64,000 nt of DNA, taken from assembly GCF_009914755.1 (NCBI RefSeq), contig NC_060937.1. One strand, given 5' to 3'. This stretch comes from the human T2T-CHM13v2.0 reference genome, Homo sapiens. A program made the position numbers and the translations under genes. Under the pieces are notes generated by a model, which saw only the letters and a list, made by a program, of their open reading frames with translations, made no database searches and was not told where the DNA came from. This document shows, in pieces, positions 53,375 to 64,000 of this stretch (its first letter is position 1; every line of letters begins with the position of its first letter).

Positions 53375-55280
53375 AAACTGAAGAGTCAATGGGAGCACAG
53401 GAAATTCAAACTCATTTTATATGACTATCTCTAAATTTCTTTTTTTATTTCTCTCTCCTTATTCCCATCCTTACTTCCTTCCCACTCTTTTTCTTCTACT
53501 TATTAAAACCAGGCCGCCAAGCATAAGGTTCTAATGTGTTCAGATTTATAATGAAGAATGGAGCTTTAACTGAGATAGTGTGAAGTTTGCCATAAATTTT
53601 AAGCAAAAATCTATAGAAATATATAATTTTGGTTCATGTGCAAAACTAGCTATTTTCTTAATCACAGGAAAATTATATTTAGAAATACTTGTTTTTCATA
53701 TTTGTGAAAGTCACATTTTTCTATATTGTATGCAATATAAAAATGTATGACATTTTAAAGTTTTTTTTTTTTTTAATTTCTAATCAGCCTTGTTTCTTAC
53801 TGTGTAAAAATCAGAAATTGCCTTAGGTAGGTCAGTTGACTGGATTAGATACAGAATATGTGTTTTCGTAACAAGAAGACATTTTGGCATGGCTTTGATA
53901 TTTTTATGGATGTTTTAACTCCTAAATATACGGGCAACACCAACAAAGATAACTTATTACTTTATTATGGAGGAAATGATTGTAACAAAGTTTGCATAGA
54001 GCCACACTATAAAGCTCAACTCAAAATTAACACATTTTGTTTGTTTGTTCCTAATATCAGAAGTCAGTCCAAAAACACACTTTTGTATGTTAAGATTAGT
54101 ATGTTTTCTGTTAGAACACTTTTCTTTTATCATAGCCATGTAGCATGTTATATAAAACAAATTATCCAAGTGTGAGTAATGAGCACTTCCATTTGGATAC
54201 AGTTTGAAAATGCATAATATTCTTTTCTCACAATGAGAGCTAAAGCTTAGACATTGCTATGATTACCACTAGTTTGGCAAGATTTTGTGAGTCAGTAATC
54301 TTGTGTCATTTCTCCAAAAATAAGAATAAAACAAAATGTCAGTCATTTATACATTAATGTAAATAAAAGAATAGAGGAAATAAGTGAACTACAGTTAAAT
54401 TCTAAATTAAAAAAATATTCTTTTCTGATTTACATATTTTAAATGCTCCTATTTTTCACATAGAATTGCTGCCTTTGTTACGTACATTGAGAAGTCCCTA
54501 AATGTAAAACTAAAATTACAAAAGTTAAAAAGCAATATATTTTCTGATTAAAAAGCTAGAAATGTTTTCTTTGTGCGTCTATGAAAGTATTTCTCCTCAT
54601 AGGTTAACTAATGGATAGCGTATTTGTACTAGAAGATGTTCCTGGTAAGTGAGAAAACCAAAAGCCAAAGTATAATCTAACTCCATCATTTTAAATAAAG
54701 TCAGTGTTTCTATTCAAACTACCATTCACGATCTCACTCTGTGTTCTTGCTGATACACATAAATAGGCAACAGCTAAATGGTGATTAAATGCAAATCCTC
54801 AGTTTTACTGCTGGGCTAGACAATTGGACAAGTCCCATGCTATAGGGAAATCTATTAAAGTGGGAAATGTAATAGGCTGTCTGATTAACTGCAGCTGACT
54901 AAAAATGACTAAGTCACTTTAACAGAGAGTTACTTTCTTTAATGGGCCTGCAAAAGGTAGGTCCCGGCTGATTTCCTTCTTCCTTGGAGATAGATATACA
55001 GCAAGAAGGTGAATCAGGCACCTAGGTAAGAGCCCAAGAATGCAAGAAATATTCTGCAATGTGTAAGCAGTTGCATTTAACACAGCAACAATACTCACTA
55101 GTAAACATGTTATTGTTTATTGGGAAGAATTATCCAGAATTTTGCTAATCAAACTGGCTACTTAATTAGGGAGCAGTAAGGGTTGGAAAGAGTTGCAACT
55201 TCGTCTCTAATACTTCTATAAAAAGCACAATGCTGCTATATCCTGCTTTTATCGGAAAAGCCAAGAAATTCCTTTATACA

Positions 55281-56010
55281 TGAAATTGCCTTTGCAAAAA
55301 AAGAAAATTATAACAATGAGAAAATTAGGGCAGTGAAGGAGATCTGATCTGGCCAACCCTCTCTTGCCTTCAAGCTGCCCTTAATTATTCCTGGGCTTAG
55401 GCCAAGCTAACTTTAGGAGAGATTTAGTTTATAGTTTAAATAATAATAGCCCTTCCCCAAAACTCAACCTCCTTTGTAAAGCTAATGAGAGTCCAGGAGG
55501 CTAGGAGGATAGAGGAACCTGTATTTTGCTAAGGTGTAGACAGAAAAGTTTGCAGGCCCTTATTCTGGAGGTCACAAGATATGCAACTTCCTTAATTACT
55601 ATTGCAGATAGCATCACTATTGCAGAACCTAAGACTGGCCTTTTGAGATATCTTTTTCAGGTTTTGCATGTCTGACACTAATGGCTCTACCCAGACCCAC
55701 CAACCACTCCTGTGGCCCCACCCAGAAGCCACTCAGCATGCAGGAAGACCATTTCCCATACCCCTATTAAACCTGCAACCAGACAGCAGCCAGCACCCAT
55801 TGCCAAGCCACTTCCATCCCTTCCTCCAAACTACCTTTGAAAAACCATAGCCCCTGAATTCTCTGAGGCTGATTTGGGTAATAATAAAACTCAGGTCTCC
55901 CAGTCAGTCAGCTCTTGGTCAATTAAACACTTTCTCCATTGCAATTACCCTGCCTTGATCTATTGGCTCTATCTGGGCAGTGGGCAAGAAGAATCCATTG
56001 GGCAGTTACA
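55281..56010 (+). mobile_element. LTR8-family (LTR8A-like) solo LTR
   Basis: tgaaattgcctttgca..gaatccattgggcagttaca. Confidence 0.94.
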
Positions 56011-56383
56011 GCCAAGGAATTCTTTATATACATTTTTTAACTCAAATAAGCTTCATTTTTCACTCTTACTTAAAAAAAAAAATTAGTGCAACACCTCCCC
56101 CATGCCTTAATTACTATGACACTTGATTATATACATGTACAAATACACACATATATGTCATACATAGGGAGAGAAAAAAACTTTTTTATCATCTAAACAG
56201 CTTAAAGAATCAAAACTTTAGGAAAGAAAATGTTACAAACCTGTATAAAAATAAATATCCATCAACATTTTATTCAAGAACTATGTATTCTAATCCATTA
56301 GAATCTTAGGACATGGGTAAAATATTAAGATAAAGCCACATTAGTATAGTTCTTTTTGACAAAATATCTCCGGTATATACAAG

Positions 56384-56465
56384 AACCATTGAATTAGTAA
56401 ACATTGTATATTGTTTACCATTGAATTGAACTAGTAAACCATTGAATTAGTAAACATTGCATATT
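56384..56465. repeat. 29-bp direct duplication with a spacer built from pieces of the same motif
   Basis: aaccattgaattagtaaacattg(t/c)atatt at 56384-56412 and 56437-56465. Confidence 0.93.
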
Positions 56466-56856
56466 TTGTCTCAATTTTTCTAGATGTAAATCTTGATTTT
56501 ATAAAGCAACTTCCATCATTTATATACCTGTAATCACTTTAAAATCGTGTTGGCAATTACTCTGCAGACTGTGGTTTGTATGTAGGAATGTAGTATGCTG
56601 TACTTCACTGCAGATGCTAGAAAGCAACAAATTTACATTTTTAGAATCGTCAACAGGTAAAATTCTGGATGTGATTTGTATTCCCTCAGTCAGATGAAAT
56701 CAAACTGTATCTAGAAGGCAGCAGTGAGATAAAGGACACATATGTTGGATTCTGGTATATTCTCTGGCCAGCATGAGAGTTGTATTTTGCTGGAACTGAT
56801 CGTACTTACTGTGTTACGCTGCCATAGCCAGAATGGGAGTAGAACTTATTTTCACC

Positions 56857-57562
56857 TGTTAGCAGCAGTGAATCTGTATGGATCTGCAGAAACCTCAATT
56901 CTTGCTTCTTCAGAAGAAAGAATTTGATTGAGGCAAATAAGGCAGAGTAAGATGCTAAGGCAAGTTTTAGAGCAGAAGTGGAAGTTTGTTAAAAAGTTGT
57001 AGAGCAGGAATGAAAGGAAGTAAAGTACACTTGGAAGAGGGCCAAGTGGGCAACTTGAGAGATCCAAGTGTCCAGTTTTACCTTTGACTTGGGGTTTCAT
57101 ACATTGGCATTCTTCCGGGGTCTATATTACTGCTCCCCTGATTCTTCCCTGTGGTGGCTGTCTGCATGGGCAGTGGCCTGCCAGCACTTGAAAGGGGCCA
57201 CATGTCCAGTGTGTTTACTGGAGTTGTACACATTCTTCCTTGAGGCATTCCTCCCTTACCAGTCGAATGTTCCTAGAAGGTCATATACCAGGTAAACTCT
57301 GCCATTTTGCCTTCTCATGCACATGCCCGAGCCCACTTGCCCAACTCCTGAGATCTTATAGGGAAACTGATGATCACCAGTTTCAGGTGTTCCTATCTGT
57401 GGAAAGACTGTCTTTCCCTGGCCCTGGCTGTGACCAATTTTTATTTTAGAGAGACAGTGTAACAACCACCTGCCCATCACCTCATGGTCGTCTGACATTC
57501 CTGGTTGAGGGGGTTGGGGCCTTTCTGCCCTACTCATGTCTGACTAACTACCTACTATAACC
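56857..57562 (-). mobile_element. MER50 solo LTR (ERV1)
   Basis: tgttagcagcagtgaatctgtatggatctgcagaaacctcaattcttgc..tgtctgactaactacctactataac; flanks cacc/caac. Confidence 0.88.
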
Positions 57563-58493
57563 CAACCTTCTAAATTATTCTGATAGTCACTTAATTTCTA
57601 GAATGAAAATTATTTTTACTAAGTTTAATTAAAATAAATCAAAAATACTCTGAATAATTGTAAGTAATAACCAATAAAATGGAAATCCAAGATTGGGCAT
57701 CTGATCTACTTGGGGGTGAAGGCATTAAAGATCTAATCAGCATTAAAAAATGAGATACTAGGAGTCCATGGAATGTGGTGATACGTTTTTAGGTATGCTG
57801 CCGGAAGCTATTACTGAATAACACATATGGCTGCCAAAAGTCTTCTGGCCTTCAGTCAACAAAGGATAAGTTTGTCTAGTAGGAGTCTGCTGGAAGAAAG
57901 GAGCATTGTAATATTGCCTTTATGACCCACTGGGATTATCTTTTGACTGATCAAGATAATATATAGTATATAGGCAATGAGTCAAACAATAATAGGAGAA
58001 AAGCAGTGTAGTAACTTAGGATTTTGGAGTAAATCCATGCACATCTCATGAAACAAGTCTCATGAAAACAGACCTTGCCTTGCTTCTGAGTCCTAATAGA
58101 GGTTGAATATCTCAACTTAGAGCATCAAATGAGTATGACTACTAAAATGTTTGTTTAAAATGTTGCTGTTGTCTGATCCACCTAGTCATATTTTTTGTCG
58201 GGCAGCAGAATCAAGTGGAAGTTGTAAATATGACCTCAGACACAAGCAGGTTCTTAAGACATAAGCACCTTTATGAACTTGTGGCTCATTGCCAAGTACA
58301 TCTCCTCTTTGATGAACTTCTGCCTTTACTCAACTCACATTGATAGCCTCAATGCTCAGATTATCAAAAAACAAAACATTAATATGCTTGAAAGGTAATT
58401 CTGCATGATATGCTGACACTGGGCAATAATGAACTTCTGTAGACTATAGCTCATGCAAGGTGGCCCAAGGCCCTGAGAACAATTTTCTATGTC

Positions 58494-58883
58494 TGTATTA
58501 GTCTGTTCTTGCACTGATATAGAGAAATACTTGAAACTGGGTAATTTATAAAGAAAATAGGTTTAATTGACTCACAGTTATGTAGGCTGTACAGGAAGTA
58601 TGGTGGCTTCTGCTTCTTGGGAGGCCTCAGGAAACTTACAATCACGGCAGAAGGTGAAGGTGAAGTAGGTACATCTTACATGTCCACAGCAGGAGGAAGT
58701 GAGGAGGGGGGTGCCACATACTTTTAAACAACCAAATCTCATGAGAACTCTATCCCAAGAACAGCATCAAAGGTGGAAATCTGCCTCCATTATCCAATAA
58801 CCTCCCATCAGGCCCCACCTCTAACACTGAAGATTATAATTTGACATGAGATTTGGACAGGGAAACGGATTCAAGCCATATCA
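58494..58883 (-). mobile_element. MSTA solo LTR inserted in the ERVL remnant
   Basis: tgtattagtctgttcttgc..gaggcctcaggaaacttacaatc..aagccatatca; perfect 5-bp TSD atgtc. Confidence 0.94.
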
Positions 58884-59111
58884 ATGTCTGATATGACCAT
58901 CCATCTGATAAATGCAGATGCTCAATTACATTTCACTATGTCCATCATGTAGTGTATGACAATTTGTCTTTGCCAGAATAAACAATTATATTGGGGATAG
59001 ATTCACTATCCCAGCCCACCATACCTCTCACAGTGGCACCACTCAAAAATTTCTTGAGTATCTTCTAAATTACTGTGACATCCCATTTGATTTTGTTTCT
59101 GAACACAAAAT

Positions 59112-59211
59112 CAGTTTACATTTTACAAAATGTAAAATTTACATTTTGTTTTACAGTTTACATTTTACAAAATTTACAAAATGAAAATTTTACAGTTTAC
59201 ATTTTACAAAA
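59112..59211. repeat. Three copies of the 19-bp cagtttacattttacaaaa with an inverted spacer
   Basis: Copies at 59112, 59154 and 59193; 12-bp perfect hairpin at 59125-59149. Confidence 0.93.
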
Positions 59212-59999
59212 AAGGAGACCAGTCACTAGAAAAATTTAAGATTAATTGATATTATCAAGTTTCTCAACAAGAAGTTGCAGCAGATATTAGGAGTACATGA
59301 AATTGAGCTCCAGAAGACTCAGTTAGAAAGTCAGCTGCGAGATAAAACTTGCAACTTCAAGGTGGTGTACCACAGGATTTGGTATATGTTTTGAGATAAT
59401 ACATAGTGCTTAATGCTATCTCTCTCATTGCCAGAATATATTGGTCCATAAACTAAGGGGTAAAAGTGGAAGTATTACTTCTCATAGTTACAAACCTGCA
59501 AATACTTTGTTTCCATTCTCCACGCCTTTCAGTTTTTGCTTGTTCAGAGGTTTTAATTTCCAAAGGAAATGCTTCTACTAGGAGACACAATGACATTTCC
59601 AATACTCTGGACATTTTAGACTGTGATCTGGCAATTTTGGGGTCCTTATGACCAAATAAAGACAAGAAAGGAAAAATATGTGACCTGGATTATGATCATA
59701 AGAGGGAAAGAGAGTTGCTGCAACACAATGTTGGTAGAATGGTCTACACATATATGAACCTGGGGGAGCACTCATAGGACTCCCATCCCAGTGATAAGAC
59801 TGGAACAATAAAATACATGGAAAAATCATGGAGGTTCAGATAATTCAGTAAAAAGATTGATGTCATAGCATGTAGAAGAATCTTGTCCAGAGGAGATGCT
59901 ATCTCTAAGCAAAGGAAATGAAATGGACAGTGAGAGCAGAAGGTGCAACTTTTCTAAATCATTATACACATAACAAGATGGCTCCAGGATGTCCATATC

Positions 60000-60900
60000 A
60001 ATAATCAACAGAACTAACAGGATGAATAAGCAAATTAAGTATCAACTATATGACTTTTAACACACTTCTCTGTCAGTAGCCAAAAAATACAAAAAATCAG
60101 TGAATCTATAGTTAATATGTGTAACATAATTAACAAATTTGACTTAATTGACAAATATGAACCACCATATTAAACAACTACAGAATGTATGTTCTTTTCA
60201 AGAACATATGCAAATTTATAAAATTTCAAATCCTATATCAAGTCCTAAACAATTAAATCATTAAGTGTATATTTCCAATCGCAGTAGTATTAAAATGAAA
60301 ATAAATTACATAAATAAAACCAGAAAAGGCCAACAATGTGGAAATTAAGTAATAGACTACTAAACAACCCAAGGGCCAAAGATGTAATCACACTGGAAAT
60401 AGGAAAGTACTTTAAAAGATGAGGAAAATATGCTATATTAAGACTTGTAAGATGTAGCTAAAGCAGTATTTAGTAAAAAAAGTATTGCCTTAAATTAACA
60501 TATAAAAAGACTGTCTAACATGAAACAATTTAAGCTTGCATAATTAGAGGCAAGAAAATGAAAAGCTTGTATAAAGCCTAAGGATATTAAAAGGAAATAT
60601 AGTAAAGATAACAGCAGAAACCAGTGATATGAAGAACAAATGTGTAATAGTAAAAAACTAAAATTTAAATGTTACTGCCTTGGAAATATCAATAAAATTG
60701 ATAAGCCATTAGACTGTTCATAAGAACAAAGGAGAGAAAACACAAATTACTAATATTAGAAATAAAAAAGTATGTATCAATATAGACTTAAGAGGCCTCA
60801 AAAATTTTAATGAAGAATACTGAGAAATTTTTAACAAATACATTTGCTATGTTGAGTGAAATAAATTTATATTCCAAAGAATACAACTTACAACTAAACA
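60000..60900 (+). mobile_element. Old L1M ORF2 fragment (endonuclease end and downstream)
   Basis: gacttttaacacacttctct, ttgacttaattgaca, acagaatgtatgttcttttcaag, tggaaattaag, aataaaattgataagcc. Confidence 0.85.
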
Positions 60901-61238
60901 ACAAAAATAAAACAAAAAAAGAAGGAAAAGATATTCAGTCATACTCTTAGGTGACAGAATACTAGTTACACTTGCAGAGGATGGAATTCTGGAGGGTACT
61001 TCTTGAATGTTGTGTCCTATTTCTTGGTAGGAGTATTCCATATTTTATGTCATCTTTGTAAAAATTTACAATTGCATAGACTATAATATGCCAGGGTCAT
61101 TTATTTTATTGTTCAAAACATCTATATTTAAGTTTTGAAAATAAAATAAATGACAGTACTATTGGGTTATAATCCACAGAATAAAATAAGTATCCGTGAG
61201 TTTATGCTGATATAAAAGTTATTTATTTAGAAAATTCA

Positions 61239-63206
<1,968 letters not shown>

Positions 63207-63210
63207 GCAT

Positions 63211-64000
63211 CTGCTTGGAAGTTTCTCTAGAACTATTTTCATAATCACTGTTTTTATTCTTGGCTGGATCTAATCTACTGAAAAGCCTATCAAACACATT
63301 GTTTATTTCTGTTACTTTGTTTTTGTTTTTAAAAATTTCTGGTAATTCTTTCTTATGCTTTCTTACATTTCCCATCTTTTCTTCTTACATTACCCACCTG
63401 TTTTGGTATATCCTTTATATTAGAAGGCATACAAAATTTTCCATATAGTAGATTTTCCAGCTACTTTTTCCTTTAGAGCCTGAAACATATTAATCATAGT
63501 TCTGATGAAATCTTGGTCATTTAGTGGGCCTGTGTCTCCGGGCTGTGGCATTCACAAATATTTATTCAGTGATATAGCTGTTTTTTCTTTTTAACCTCCT
63601 GCTCTTTTCTCTATTCAGTGACAACAGCAACCTGATCTACTTTCTTCAAGCCCTGACTCGCACTAATTTTGCTCCCCGCTACGCAATAGCAGACAGTGGA
63701 AGGCTGGAGGGAGCTGATGTGGAAGCAATGCCCTAAGCTGGTCTAAAGTTCTGGAAAAGTCTTTCTCTGTAAAGGTTTTTGTTCTTGTTGTTGTTTTAAT
63801 GGTCTTTGGGTGTATTTCACAGTGATTACTATATCCCCTCTCAGACAGAGCCATGAGGGGTTGTCTTCTCCGTGGAAATCTGATCATGTTCCTGGAGAGA
63901 AAGCCTGTGAAAGCTTGAGGGATCCCACTAAGACTGTGGCCCACACAGAGTTTCTGACTCTCATGCTAGTTCTTACTTGTCCTCTAGTAATTTATCAAAA
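63211..64000 (-). mobile_element. Old L1M 5' region / ORF1 coiled-coil remnant
   Basis: Minus-strand translation NKVTEINNVFDRLFSRLDPAKNKNSDYENSSRETS resembles the L1 ORF1p heptad region. Confidence 0.8.

Larger units (their letters stand above)
57690..59820 (+). mobile_element. Highly decayed ERVL internal pol remnant (RNase H, integrase and dUTPase regions), non-coding
   Basis: ttaggattttggagtaaatccatgc (LGFWSK), tctgatccacctagtcat (SDPPSH), atcaagtggaag (IKWK), ctaggagacacaatgacatttcca (dUTPase-like GDT..IP); many stops and indels. Confidence 0.8.

Overview
This is AT-rich, CpG-depleted primate genomic DNA, very probably human, from an intergenic or deep intronic region. I find no supportable protein-coding gene, RNA gene, CRISPR array or prokaryote-type system. 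The ORF track is explained by Alu, MaLR, LTR and L1 read-through or by chance. Much of the window is interspersed repeat: about 19 Alu copies or fragments, a full-length THE1 and a near full-length MSTA MaLR element, many solo LTRs (three LTR8-family, LTR12, MER41A, MER50, MER52A, LTR32-like, LTR40, MST, MLT1), a decayed ERVL pol remnant, old L1/L2/MIR pieces, DNA-transposon MITEs (MER53, MER82, MER63) and microsatellites. Family names come from my recall of consensus sequences, not from an alignment, and the boundaries of old elements are approximate. The most unusual structure is (i) a recurring set of short scars made of local direct and inverted copies of 11-29 bp motifs, resembling templated insertion or template switching; (ii) an LTR8 solo LTR flanked by a ~21-bp duplication instead of the usual 4 bp; (iii) one small site hit by two Alus and an MSTA; and (iv) a 5'-truncated LTR12 with an expanded 103-bp array. 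I cannot support a novel coding system from this sequence.
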